Notes under the pieces: model-generated
Databases searched by the model: none
What the model was told of the DNA's origin: nothing
What the model saw: only the letters and a program-made list of their open reading frames with translations
Shown: one piece after another, positions 20,060-29,865 of the stretch
Layout of the letters: each line of letters opens with the position of its first letter
How positions within the stretch are numbered: the first letter of the stretch is position 1
Made by a program: the position numbers and the translations under genes
DNA from: an uncultured Ruminococcus sp.
Lineage (GTDB): Bacteria > Bacillota > Clostridia > Oscillospirales > CAG-272
Direction of reading: 5' to 3'
DNA: 64,000 nucleotides
NCBI GenBank assembly: GCA_902782445.1
Contig: CACZNC010000008.1
Span: 32,630 to 96,629, forward strand

Positions 20060-20509
20060 TTACAGTTCTTCCAGCATCTGAGCCGCGTTTTCCTTGGCCT
20101 TCACGGCACCGAATGCCTTAACGATCACGCCGTCCCCGTCAATCAGATAGGAGGAGCGGATCAGGCTCTTTGCAGGCTTGCCCTCTTTTCCGGGTTTCAG
20201 GACATCATAAGCCGTGATGACGGACAAGTCTGTGTCCGACAGCAGCGTGAAGGGCAGTCCGTGCGCCTGTTCAAACCGTTTATGCGATTCTACAGTGTCT
20301 TTGCTCACGCCGAGGACAACAGCGCCTTTCTCCCGGAATTGCGGATACAGGTCCCGGAAGCTGCAGGCCTGGCTGGTACAGCCGCTCGTCATATCCTTCG
20401 GATAGAAGTAAAGGATCACCTTCTGGCCCTTGTAATCCCGGAGTGCATGTACTTCCCCGTTCTGATCCGGCAATGAAAACTCCGGCGCCTTTGTTCCGAT
20501 TTCGAGCAT
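20060..20509 (-). CDS. bcp: Peroxiredoxin, BCP/PrxQ type
   Basis: YFYPKDMTSGCTSQAC (PxxxTxxC); GGAGGAG RBS. Confidence 0.9.
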   Translation of the reverse strand: MLEIGTKAPEFSLPDQNGEVHALRDYKGQKVILYFYPKDMTSGCTSQACSFRDLYPQFREKGAVVLGVSKDTVESHKRFEQAHGLPFTLLSDTDLSVITAYDVLKPGKEGKPAKSLIRSSYLIDGDGVIVKAFGAVKAKENAAQMLEEL

Positions 20510-20623
20510 GGTCTCCTCCTCGCTTTCTGACGGACTATTCATCCACTGTATTATCTTCGGCTCTCCCCATATCGCCCCGCTGTCATACGGAGGTCGTATT
20601 TGTTCCAGAGAGGGGTACAGTCA

Positions 20624-21280
20624 TCAGTCCGTCTCTTCCAGTTCTTTGTTGAATTTCTCGATGGACTTGTCCACGACCTTTGTGACCCGGGCCAGCATGG
20701 ACGCAACGTCCGTTCCCCTCTGTGCGAGGAGCGTGTCGCGGATGCCGCCGAAATTCCAGATGACGCCGGAATCGAAGAGAGTCCCGTCAAACACATAGTC
20801 CAGCATGACCGCGGAATCCTTATCACGAATCAGCTTTTCGCCGAGGACAGTTTGATAGAGGCTGTCGATGACCGTATAGTGGGATTCACAGGCCAGAGCG
20901 GACAAAACCACACCGGAACGTTCCGCGTCCTCCGACGTCCGGGGGATCATGCAGATCGTGCCGGAATAGGGATTGACGGCGGAATGATATCCGTCCTGTT
21001 CCCCGTCGTATTTGGGCAGGGGGATGATCCCGAAGTCAGCCTCCATCTCGCGCATGACGAACAGGGACTGCAGGGGCCGGATCATAAACAGGGAGCGGTT
21101 TTCCCGGAAGATGTTGATCGCGTCGTTCAGCGTGAGATTGAACGTCTGCCGGTTGAAATAGCGCATGGGGTCGCCCATCAGCTCGTAAATCGACTGCAGG
21201 CAGCCCATGACACGCTCCGAACTCAGGTTGAGCCGCACGTTCCCTTCCTCGTCCGGCTTGCAGATGGCGATGCGAATCAT
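20624..21280 (-). pseudogene. N-terminally truncated solute-binding protein (C-terminal half only)
   Basis: FGIIPLPKYDGEQ, RDKDSAVMLDYVF match the paralogues; no signal peptide; begins MIRIAIC after a GGAGG RBS. Confidence 0.7.
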
Positions 21281-21323
21281 ACCAGCAGAATCCCTCCATC
21301 CTTTGCGTTTCCCGTTCATTTGG

Positions 21324-21352
21324 ATTATACCACATCCGTTTCTCTTGCGCAA
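21324..21352 (-). promoter_or_regulatory. Sigma-A promoter (extended -10)
   Basis: TTGCGC-17-TATAAT with TG at the extended position. Confidence 0.6.
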
Positions 21353-21374
21353 TGGCTTTTTCCCTTCCGCTGTG

Positions 21375-21405
21375 AAAAAAGCCGCTCCCGTGAGGAACGA
21401 CTTTT
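21375..21405 (-). terminator. Intrinsic terminator
   Basis: Minus strand AAAAGUCGUUCC-loop-GGAGCGGCUUUUUU with G-U pairs. Confidence 0.7.
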
Positions 21406-21467
21406 ACCGGAGATATAAACCCTGTTTCGGCGGGAAGGTGTCGGGGGTATGCCCTCCTCCCACGCGT

Positions 21468-22685
21468 TTATTTTGTCTCTCTGAGCAGCTCGATCTGCCC
21501 GGGAGCCAGCCACATGCGCACGGACCGCCCGTCGTCGGACAGAGCGCCTACCGCGTCCATGGGACCGGTGAGGATCTGCCAGGAATCGCCCCACTGCTTG
21601 CGCTCCACCTTTACGCCCGGAGCGAAGATGAGATGCGCCTCGATATTCTTCTTGCGGTCCAGATTCACAACGGTCCGATAGCGGACGCCGTTTTTGTCCC
21701 GGAAGGTGGACACCAGCATATCGACGCCCTTCGCATTCTCCGCAGCCAGCAGTCCGTCGTCCGGCGCGAAAGCGGGCAGGCCGCCATAGGGTTTCCCGGT
21801 AAACTCCGCCTTCTCAATGGTGAGCTCCATCATCTCGGCGCCGAGCCGCTTCTGGAAATAGCGGTTTTCCTCCGAAAGCCAGCCGAAGGAGGCGGTGCGC
21901 TCGTGGAAGGCGTTGATGGGGAAACAGCGGTAATTGTCGTGGGGCCCGTCGCTCATCACATAGAAATAGCACACGGCCTTGGCGCCCAACGCGGCGGAGG
22001 TGGAGATCTGCCAGCGGAAGGCGTCCTGATCGGGGCAGGCATAGTCGTAGTGGCCGGAGGAGAGCACGGTGTTCATGAAGGGTACGCCGTGGCGCAGAGA
22101 GGCGTCCTTCATTTCCCGCAGGTTATTGAAGTACGCGTCCCATCCGCTGTCGCCCTCCCACATCTGGGTATAGCAGTCCCATCCCAGAAGGGCCAGATTT
22201 CCTTCGGTCACCGCCCGATCCAGATAGGGGCCGTATGCGGGAGAACCGATGCGCTCCCCGATCCAGTCGAACCAGGGCAGAAGATTCAAGAAGGGGATAA
22301 GGTTCGGGGCCTCCTCCCGCTGAATCCGCGCGACGGCGAAGAAGTTCGAGGCATCCGGCGCATCGGGCTCGTCGCCGACGTAGAAGCCGTACACAGCGGG
22401 ATGGCCGCCGAACTGGGCCAGGGACGCTCTGAACTTTGCCCGGTACTCCGCCTCGTTCAGCACCATGCCTCCCCGGGCCGTGACTCTGCCGTCGAACACG
22501 ATCGCCTTCATGCCCAGCGCGTGGAACTGGTCCAGAAGCCGCAGGAGCTTTTCCGGGTCGTCTCCTTCGTTGAATACCGGCGTGAGAGGCATGTTCAGCC
22601 CCAGGTCGGAATAGTCCTTCGCAAGGGTATCCCATGCGCGGTTTATGCTGAAATAGGTCCAGCAGGAAAATCCGAATTCTGCCAT
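21468..22685 (-). CDS. Hypothetical protein, probable TIM-barrel glycoside hydrolase
   Basis: HPAVYGFYVGDEP acid/base-like motif, WDCY, GAKAVCYF; GGGGAGGA RBS. Confidence 0.65.
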   Translation of the reverse strand: MAEFGFSCWTYFSINRAWDTLAKDYSDLGLNMPLTPVFNEGDDPEKLLRLLDQFHALGMKAIVFDGRVTARGGMVLNEAEYRAKFRASLAQFGGHPAVYGFYVGDEPDAPDASNFFAVARIQREEAPNLIPFLNLLPWFDWIGERIGSPAYGPYLDRAVTEGNLALLGWDCYTQMWEGDSGWDAYFNNLREMKDASLRHGVPFMNTVLSSGHYDYACPDQDAFRWQISTSAALGAKAVCYFYVMSDGPHDNYRCFPINAFHERTASFGWLSEENRYFQKRLGAEMMELTIEKAEFTGKPYGGLPAFAPDDGLLAAENAKGVDMLVSTFRDKNGVRYRTVVNLDRKKNIEAHLIFAPGVKVERKQWGDSWQILTGPMDAVGALSDDGRSVRMWLAPGQIELLRETK

Positions 22686-22779
22686 ATGCGATTCCTCCCC
22701 GTTGTGATGCACATGTTACTGTGTACTCTATAATGTCAGCCCGATATGGAATGTTGAACCTTTCCGGCCGATCGTACTC

Positions 22780-23580
22780 TCAATTTTGCGATGTCTGACC
22801 GTTTGCCGCGGTGACGATATCCCCGACACCGCCCAGAACAACGCTCGGACGGTAAGCATACTGATCCAGCGTTTCCCGCGTGGAGATGCCGGACAGCACC
22901 AGGACCGTGGACATTCCGCTCTCGAGTCCGGAGATAATATCCGTGTCCATCCGGTCGCCTATCATAACCGACTCGGCGCTGTGGCATCCCAAAAGCTTAA
23001 GCCCTGTTCTCATCATGAGAGGATTCGGCTTCCCGCAGAAATAAGCCTGCTTCCCCGTTGCCATCTCGATCGGGGCGATCAGAGAACGGCACGCGGGAGC
23101 AATTCCGTTCTCAACCGGGCCCGATATATCCGAGTTCGCCCCCACCAGTTTTGCGCCGGCCAGCACAAGGTTCGTCGCCCTTGTCAGGGATTCCAGAGAG
23201 TATGAATTCCCCTCTCCGACGATCACGTAGTCGGGATCGACATCGTTCATCGTGACGCCCACATCGTACAGAGCGTTCAAAAGCGCAGAGGCTCCGATCA
23301 CATAGGCGGAACAGCCGGGAGCCTGATCCTTGATAAACGCGGCAGTGGCAAGCGCGCTGGTATAAAAATGCTCCTCTGAAACGTCGAGGCCCATTCTTGC
23401 GAGACGCTGCTTCAGTTCTCTCGGCGTATAACCGCTGTTGTTCGTTAAAAACAGGAATTCTTTCCCGTTGGTTTTTAACCAGTCAATGAAATCGCTCACA
23501 CCGGGCAGGACACGGTTTCCGGAATAAATCACGCCGTCCATGTCGCAGATGAATCCTTTTTTCTTGTTGAAATCAATCAT
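22780..23580 (-). CDS. nagD: HAD-IIA hydrolase (NagD-like)
   Basis: DMDGVIY, LTNNS, CGKPNP, IGDRMDTDI. Confidence 0.9.
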   Translation of the reverse strand: MIDFNKKKGFICDMDGVIYSGNRVLPGVSDFIDWLKTNGKEFLFLTNNSGYTPRELKQRLARMGLDVSEEHFYTSALATAAFIKDQAPGCSAYVIGASALLNALYDVGVTMNDVDPDYVIVGEGNSYSLESLTRATNLVLAGAKLVGANSDISGPVENGIAPACRSLIAPIEMATGKQAYFCGKPNPLMMRTGLKLLGCHSAESVMIGDRMDTDIISGLESGMSTVLVLSGISTRETLDQYAYRPSVVLGGVGDIVTAANGQTSQN

Positions 23581-23757
23581 TTTATCGCCTCATCTTTTTG
23601 ATGGTATCTGGTTCTCTCCATTTATTATAGCATATTTCGGACAAAGATGCAACCCTTGTTTTTCGGGGAGTCTGTCGATCTGACAAGAGGAGCCGTTCGT
23701 CAGCAGAAGTCAAACATATACGGAACCTCCCGGTAAAGAGGAACATGAGCCCGGGAT

Positions 23758-24174
23758 CTATCTTCGTTTGTATAGAACAATTTCCGGATCGGAACCGCCG
23801 CAGCCATACTCACAGATAAGAATGAAATCTTCATTTGCGACAACGCCGTAACAGCGGTCCGAATCTGCCTGTTCGACCTGATTTCCCAGATAGATATCGC
23901 TGTCTTTCAAAAACTGAACCGTGGATCCGTTGGCAAGAAGATACGGCAGATTCACATAAGAACCGGTCAGCAGATTCAGGTCTTCTACTGCAAGCCCCTC
24001 GATGCCTGACGCGTTTATTTCGTCGATCAGCTGACGCTTCAGGAGCGGGAAGTCTTTGTTTCTCTCCGCGACGCAGCTGCCGCCGAACGGGTGCCCCTGG
24101 CACTTTTCACACCCTCCGCAGGCCGACAGCCTGGCACAATCTTTGCAGCAGTTTTCTCCGCAATAGGTCTTCAT
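23758..24174 (-). CDS. Cys-rich hypothetical protein (DUF3795-like)
   Basis: YCGENCCKDC...CGGC..C...PFGGSC; AAGGGGG RBS. Confidence 0.7.
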   Translation of the reverse strand: MKTYCGENCCKDCARLSACGGCEKCQGHPFGGSCVAERNKDFPLLKRQLIDEINASGIEGLAVEDLNLLTGSYVNLPYLLANGSTVQFLKDSDIYLGNQVEQADSDRCYGVVANEDFILICEYGCGGSDPEIVLYKRR

Positions 24175-24273
24175 ACGTTTTACCCCCTTATTGAATTTGG
24201 AGCTTCCTGTTTTTGCGATATCGTCGTCTCCCGAGGATCGGGCGGATGAAGCACATCATCAGGCAGAATATGC

Positions 24274-24735
24274 TTATAGTTTTCTGATCGGAAAGAACAT
24301 ATAGCTTTTTCCGGTCTGCGGGCAGGTAAAATCATGAACCGCGCCGGCAAGCGAAACGCTGTGATCCTCCATATACCGCATCATCTGTGGAAAAGTATTC
24401 TCCCCTTCGTTCTCCACCCGCAGATATTCATAGCCCGGGACGACCCATTTCACCCATCCGTCCGGGGCCTGCGCTCCGTCCGTGCATTCCGCTCCCGCAA
24501 GATAGAGCCCGTTCCTGAAACCATCCCACGGCAGAAAGGAATGCGTAAAATCAGACATTGCCCCCCATACGCCCGCCGGGTTTCCGTTCTCATCTTTTTT
24601 CGCCAGATGGGAGATTTGATCATAGTGCGCGTTGGCGTCCGCCCATAATTTCTCGATAAAGTCATCGCCGTCAGCAGTCGATCCTTCTTTTCCGATCACT
24701 GTGAACGATCCCTTTACGACCTTTTCAATCTTCAT
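24274..24735 (-). CDS. GyrI-like small-molecule-binding domain protein
   Basis: FTVIGKEGST, LW..AN, YLAGAE, PDGWVKW..PG.EY; GGAGGAGG RBS. Confidence 0.8.
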   Translation of the reverse strand: MKIEKVVKGSFTVIGKEGSTADGDDFIEKLWADANAHYDQISHLAKKDENGNPAGVWGAMSDFTHSFLPWDGFRNGLYLAGAECTDGAQAPDGWVKWVVPGYEYLRVENEGENTFPQMMRYMEDHSVSLAGAVHDFTCPQTGKSYMFFPIRKL

Positions 24736-24825
24736 GATGCTGCCTCCTCCGTGATGCGGAATCCATCCGCCATTGATTTTCGGCTTTCGACAGAACCGCG
24801 CGACGTGTTCCTCTTGCAGAGTCCG

Positions 24826-25803
24826 TCAAAGTTCCTCGCCGGACGGGGGGACAAGATCTGCCTCATATCCGGCGGGCTCTCCCATGACAGGATATCCGCT
24901 CTGATCAAATTCCACCTTCTGGATATGAAAATACCGGGGTGCGGGCGTGACCGTTTCATTGTGTTCCTTCATGCCGTGGTACGCGCACCAGAGTTCCGAT
25001 CCGTCGGGAGAGCGGAAGAAGGAGGCGTGCCCGGGGCCGTACACTCCGTTTCCCATGACGAACAGGGGAGTATCGTGTTTGAACCAGTTTTTGGGGTTCG
25101 TCATCTGATCCGGATCTCCGCGGTCGCTGCCTGTGAATTCAAGAACCCCCAGACAATAATGATCGGACCAGCAGCCGTTTCCGGAATAGATGATGAAAAG
25201 ACGCGATCCGTTTTCGACAAAGAACGCGCCTTCATTGATGGCGGCATTCCCGACATAGGGCGGAACCAGTTCCCAACCGTATTCCGCCCGGGCGATCATG
25301 GAACGACGGCTCCCGAAGGTCCATGGGTTATCGAGAGCGCATACGTCCAATACCTGTCCGTGATCCACGCGGGAACAGCAGATGAACTGCTGACCGTTCG
25401 GGGCTGTATAGACGGTGGGATCAATGGAGAAAACGTCCGGAGTGGGTTTGCATTTGAAGCGCCAGTCTCTGAAAGGGTCGTCGGAAAGGGCTTCCATGAT
25501 GAAAAGCCGTTTCTCGCCGGGCTGTTCCTGCGCGCGGCCGCTTGTGTAGATGTACCATTTGCCGTTATTTCCGCGGTGCATTTCCGGCGCCCATATATCG
25601 CCCCAAATGCCGTCACGGGGTCCGTCAGGCGTATAGATCACCTTTGATTCACCTGTGCAAATAGCGGCGGCATGGCGGCTGCGGAACAGTTCCAGAACGC
25701 TTCCGCGCGTAAACAGAGCGTAGTAATACCCGGTTTCAGGAACATAAGTCATGAATGGATCGGGAGCGCTGAAAGGAGAGATCGGATTTCGAAATGTATT
25801 CAT
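24826..25803 (-). CDS. Glycoside hydrolase family 43
   Basis: APDP, WAPE, SIDP, INEG, GPGHASF. Confidence 0.93.
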   Translation of the reverse strand: MNTFRNPISPFSAPDPFMTYVPETGYYYALFTRGSVLELFRSRHAAAICTGESKVIYTPDGPRDGIWGDIWAPEMHRGNNGKWYIYTSGRAQEQPGEKRLFIMEALSDDPFRDWRFKCKPTPDVFSIDPTVYTAPNGQQFICCSRVDHGQVLDVCALDNPWTFGSRRSMIARAEYGWELVPPYVGNAAINEGAFFVENGSRLFIIYSGNGCWSDHYCLGVLEFTGSDRGDPDQMTNPKNWFKHDTPLFVMGNGVYGPGHASFFRSPDGSELWCAYHGMKEHNETVTPAPRYFHIQKVEFDQSGYPVMGEPAGYEADLVPPSGEEL

Positions 25804-25879
25804 GGCGCGGTCCTTTCATGGTGTGGAGATAATATCCGTCTCCATTATACATCACCGGCCCCCGTCGGTCAAGAGAAAA

Positions 25880-26070
25880 ATGAAACCGGAAGAGAATCGC
25901 GGCAAGCTGTTCGCGGGTCACGCTGTCCTTCGGTCCGGATTTGCCGTTGCCGCAGCCGAGGACGATGCCGTGGGAGGCCGCCCATTCGACGCCGTCGGCG
26001 TATCCATTCGCCCGCGGGAACATCCGTGAAGACGCCGGATCGCGGCAGTCCGTACCGGCAAGCGGTGCTC
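25880..26070 (-). pseudogene. Fossil S-layer homology (SLH) domain
   Basis: FTDVPAGEW / (1-nt frameshift) YADGVEWAASHGIVLGCGNGKSGPKDSVTREQLAAILFRF; no start codon context. Confidence 0.7.
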
Positions 26071-26078
26071 CGCGGGTG

Positions 26079-26108
26079 TTGACACGCTCCGGCACGGTAT
26101 GGTATAAT
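26079..26108 (+). promoter_or_regulatory. Sigma-A promoter (extended -10)
   Basis: TTGACA-18-TATAAT with TG at the extended position. Confidence 0.65.
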
Positions 26109-26179
26109 ACGGCAGGGGACGGCGGGATATCCTGCATCCTGCCGACCGGAAATACCGCACGCTTGACGGAGGCGCCGCC

Positions 26180-27367
26180 ATGTATGTCTTCACGCCCGAT
26201 GACGGATTCCATTACTTTTTCGGCTATTACGACCTGCAGCCCTTCGATTCCTCCGAACGGTTCCATCTCGTGCACCGGGTCCGCTTCATGGACCGTCTTC
26301 CCGCGGCGGACGACACGGCGGAGCTCGGAGCGGTCGATCTCGAAACCGGCCGCTTTCTGAAATATGCCGAAACGACGGCGTGGAATTTCCAGCAGGGCGC
26401 GATGCTGCGATATTTCGGGGACGACGGGCATATCCTCTACAACGTCCGCGACCGGGGGACTCCCTCCGGATTTGCCGCCGAGATCCTCGAACCGAAGACC
26501 GGCGCGAAACGGAGGCTTCCCTGCCCCGCGGCCGACGTATCGAAAGACGGGACCCTTCTTCTCTCGGTGAATTTCAGCCGGATCTTCGACTTCCGGCCCG
26601 GATACGGATACGCCGGCGTTCCCGATCCCCGGAAGGACGTCCGCGCGCCGGAAGACGACGGCATTTTTCTGACGGACACCCGGACCGGGAACACGCGCCT
26701 CATCGCGGATTACGACAGGATCCGGCGGGAATTCCCCCAGCCGCCCTTTTCCGACGGGAAGCTGCTGGTCAACCACATCACGTTCAATCCGGCGGGCGAC
26801 CGGTTTCTGTTCCTGCTCCGGAACTTCCCCGAACCCGGACAGCGGGGGTGGAAGACCCAGCTCATCGTATCCGACACGGACGGGAAAATGAAAAAGCTCA
26901 CCGATTACTGTCTGAACTCCCATTATCACTGGAAAAACGACCGGGAGATCCTGATCGTGTCCTCGCTCCGCACGGAAGACGACGGCTTTTCCCTCGTCCT
27001 CATCGACAGCGAAACCGGAGAGGCCGTCCTGCTCCCGGATCCGAATCCGAACTGGGACATTCACTGCCTCTACTCCCCGGACCGCCGTCTGATCGTCGGA
27101 GACAGCTATCCCGGCGGATCCCGCGGCGCGACGCGCAGTCTCTGGCTGATCGACACAGAGCGGGGTGTCATGACGGAACCGGTGCGGGTGGACACGGTGA
27201 TCCCGCCCATCGTGGACATCCGATGCGATCTGCACGCGCGCTGGAGTCCATCCGGGCATCTGCTCTCCTTCGACTCGACCCACAGTGGGCGAAGGACCTC
27301 CGTTCTCGTCACGGCGGAAGAACTGCTTGGGCATGACGGCCCTCCCATGACTCTGCCGGCACGGTAA
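26180..27367 (+). CDS. Beta-propeller protein (oligogalacturonate-lyase/TolB-like)
   Basis: HYFFGYYD.QPF, AWNFQQG, NHITFNP, SHYHW, RCDLHARWSP; GGAGG RBS. Confidence 0.7.
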   Translation: MYVFTPDDGFHYFFGYYDLQPFDSSERFHLVHRVRFMDRLPAADDTAELGAVDLETGRFLKYAETTAWNFQQGAMLRYFGDDGHILYNVRDRGTPSGFAAEILEPKTGAKRRLPCPAADVSKDGTLLLSVNFSRIFDFRPGYGYAGVPDPRKDVRAPEDDGIFLTDTRTGNTRLIADYDRIRREFPQPPFSDGKLLVNHITFNPAGDRFLFLLRNFPEPGQRGWKTQLIVSDTDGKMKKLTDYCLNSHYHWKNDREILIVSSLRTEDDGFSLVLIDSETGEAVLLPDPNPNWDIHCLYSPDRRLIVGDSYPGGSRGATRSLWLIDTERGVMTEPVRVDTVIPPIVDIRCDLHARWSPSGHLLSFDSTHSGRRTSVLVTAEELLGHDGPPMTLPAR

Positions 27368-27406
27368 CACATTCCGTACAGATTGGAAACGCAGGGAAAG
27401 CATATC

Positions 27407-27874
27407 ATGGAATTCAGACTGCTATCAACTCAGGATAAAGAACCCGTAACAGCCCTGTTCAGAGACGTGTTCACAGAAGATCCCTGGAACGACGACTGGA
27501 GCGATCCGGAACAGCTCGGCGCCTATATCGACGATCTGATCGGGCAGAGCAATTCCCTCACGCTCGGATATCTGGACGGGGATCGTCTTGTCGGCCTGTC
27601 GATGGGACGCATCAAACACTGGTATGAAGGCACGGAATACTGCATCGACGAGTTCTGTATCGCCGGACCGTATCAGCATCAGGGGATCGGCAGCAGTTTC
27701 CTGAAAGAGATCGAAGCATATCTGGCAGAAAAAGGAATCCGGCACATTTTCCTCCTGACGGACAGGGATGTGCCGGCTCATGCGTTTTATTTGAAAAACG
27801 GATTTCGGGAACTGGAAAACAATGTCTCGCTTGCAAAAAAGATTGATTCCCTGTCCGTTCCGGGAAACGATTGA
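27407..27874 (+). CDS. GNAT acetyltransferase
   Basis: IDEFCI...YQHQGIG, AHAFYLKNGF. Confidence 0.88.
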   Translation: MEFRLLSTQDKEPVTALFRDVFTEDPWNDDWSDPEQLGAYIDDLIGQSNSLTLGYLDGDRLVGLSMGRIKHWYEGTEYCIDEFCIAGPYQHQGIGSSFLKEIEAYLAEKGIRHIFLLTDRDVPAHAFYLKNGFRELENNVSLAKKIDSLSVPGND

Positions 27875-27894
27875 AAGATCGGGAGGCACAAACC

Positions 27895-29286
27895 ATGTCA
27901 GCTGTCACGTTGGACATCGAACAGAAAGCGGAAGACCTGCGGTACAAAATCGAATCCGCAGAAAATACCCAGCCGGCGGGGGAAGTTTTCTATCTTTCCG
28001 CCGACGGAGACGATTCCGGGGACGGACGTTCTCTCCGGACGCCCTGGAAATCGCTGGACGCCCTGAAGACGCATCGCTTCAAACCCGGCTCGACCGTACT
28101 TTTCAGGCGCGGAGATATCTGGCGCGGGAGCATCGAAGCACAGCCGGGGGTGACCTACGGGGCTTACGGGATCGGGAAGAAACCCTGTCTCTATGGTTCC
28201 CCCTTCGATGGAGCGAAATCGGGGACGTGGACGGAAGTCTGTCCCGACGTCTGGCGTTTCAGCGAAAGGATCCCGGACGACTGCGGCGGAATCGTTTTTG
28301 ACGGAGGGACCTGCGCTGCCCAGAAATACGTTTTGAATTACGAGGGCCCAGTTCCCGTCGAAAACGTCACGAAAGAGCCCTTCCGCGGGTATTTCGACCT
28401 GACGGGGGATCTTTCCTTCTGGCATGATCTCGAACCCGGCGCCGTTCACAGCGAAGACCGGGGGACGATCTATCTCCGTTCCGAACACGGAAATCCGGCA
28501 GAGCGATTTCACGAGATCGAATTTCTACCGCGCAGGCACGGCATTTCCGTCTCCTGCGACAATGTCACGATCGACAACCTCTCCGTCCTGTACTGCGGCG
28601 CGCACGGGATCGGAGCCGGTACGGTAAACGGTCTCTGCGTGAAGAACTCCGTCTTCGGCTGGATCGGCGGAAGCCTGCAATACGTCAAAGACGGGCGTCC
28701 GGTACGGTTCGGCAACGGCGTGGAGATCTACGGAGGCTGCAGGAACTACACGGTCGAAAACTGTCACGTGTATCAGTGCTATGACGCCGGGATCACCTTT
28801 CAGTTTTCCTCTGGCGGACAGCAGGATATCCTCATGGACGGGATACGGTTCTCCGGCAACCTCATCGAAAAGTGCTCCTATTCCATAGAGTACTTTCTCG
28901 GAGCGCCGGACACGCCCGCGGCAGACCGTCAGATGCGCGATATCCTGATATCCGGGTGCATCATGCGGCAGGCAGGATACGGCTGGGGCATCCAGCGGCC
29001 CGACCGTCAGACCCCGGCCCATATCAAGGCCTGGGATCATTTCAACCGCCGCACAGGTCCCTTTCTCATCGAGAACAATATCATGGATCTGTCCCGGTAC
29101 ATGATCCTGCATATCGGCGTGTCGGACGAAGCATGGCTTCCGGATTTCCGGGGAAACACGATCCGCCAGTATCGGGGAGCATCTTTCGGAAGGATCGGGA
29201 AACATCCCACCGCGATGCTCGCATACAATGACTCCCTCTCCGAAGACGAGCGCTTCCGGAAGGATACGCTGTTGTTCCCGGAATGA
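27895..29286 (+). CDS. Right-handed beta-helix (pectin-lyase-like) protein
   Basis: FYLSADGDDSGDGRS...PWKSL, LFRRGD.WRG, GNGVEIYG, QCYDAGITFQ. Confidence 0.8.
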   Translation: MSAVTLDIEQKAEDLRYKIESAENTQPAGEVFYLSADGDDSGDGRSLRTPWKSLDALKTHRFKPGSTVLFRRGDIWRGSIEAQPGVTYGAYGIGKKPCLYGSPFDGAKSGTWTEVCPDVWRFSERIPDDCGGIVFDGGTCAAQKYVLNYEGPVPVENVTKEPFRGYFDLTGDLSFWHDLEPGAVHSEDRGTIYLRSEHGNPAERFHEIEFLPRRHGISVSCDNVTIDNLSVLYCGAHGIGAGTVNGLCVKNSVFGWIGGSLQYVKDGRPVRFGNGVEIYGGCRNYTVENCHVYQCYDAGITFQFSSGGQQDILMDGIRFSGNLIEKCSYSIEYFLGAPDTPAADRQMRDILISGCIMRQAGYGWGIQRPDRQTPAHIKAWDHFNRRTGPFLIENNIMDLSRYMILHIGVSDEAWLPDFRGNTIRQYRGASFGRIGKHPTAMLAYNDSLSEDERFRKDTLLFPE

Positions 29287-29361
29287 GGCAAAGCCGTTCC
29301 CGTCGTGGGTTCCGCCCGCTTGCAATCGTTCAAATTCTGCATCGCCAACAGAGTTGACGAA

Positions 29362-29865
29362 TCAATTATTTGTGTCTGTGCCGTTCGCTTCCGTATAGAA
29401 ACTGTAACAGGCTTTGCCGCCGTATTCCTCGGAACTGTTCCACTCGGTGATGACCTCGTAGATATAGTTTCCGCCTTTCAGCTCGATCATAAATCCTCTG
29501 CTGTTACTGCCGTCCTGCGTTTCCGTTTCGAAAACATCCACAGGAATATCTTCGCTCCGGGAATCGGGTTTCCCCCAGCATTCCCCACTCCAACAGCGAA
29601 CCGTAATCTCGTCAGGGGCAGTCGTCCAGAGCAGTTCCGCTTTCGATGAATCCGGGTTCGAACAGGACGGCATGTATTTTGGGGCTTCCAGCGGGTGCAT
29701 GCAGTCCGCATTGATGCCTGTCTCCGTGCCGTCCCCGTTCGGATATCTCCAGGAGTATGTTCCTTTCAAGGCTTCGATATTTTTGTTCCCGCCGCATGCC
29801 ACAGTCAGTGCGGGAGGCTCTTTCAGGACCGGAGTTTCCCCGGAAGTTCCGATGTTTTCGGCGGT
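29362..29865 (-). pseudogene. Probable C-terminal domain cut off by an in-frame stop
   Basis: Same frame as 29866-30411 directly after its TAA; PPALTV...IEALKGTYSW...ADCMHPLE; no evident RBS of its own. Confidence 0.55.
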
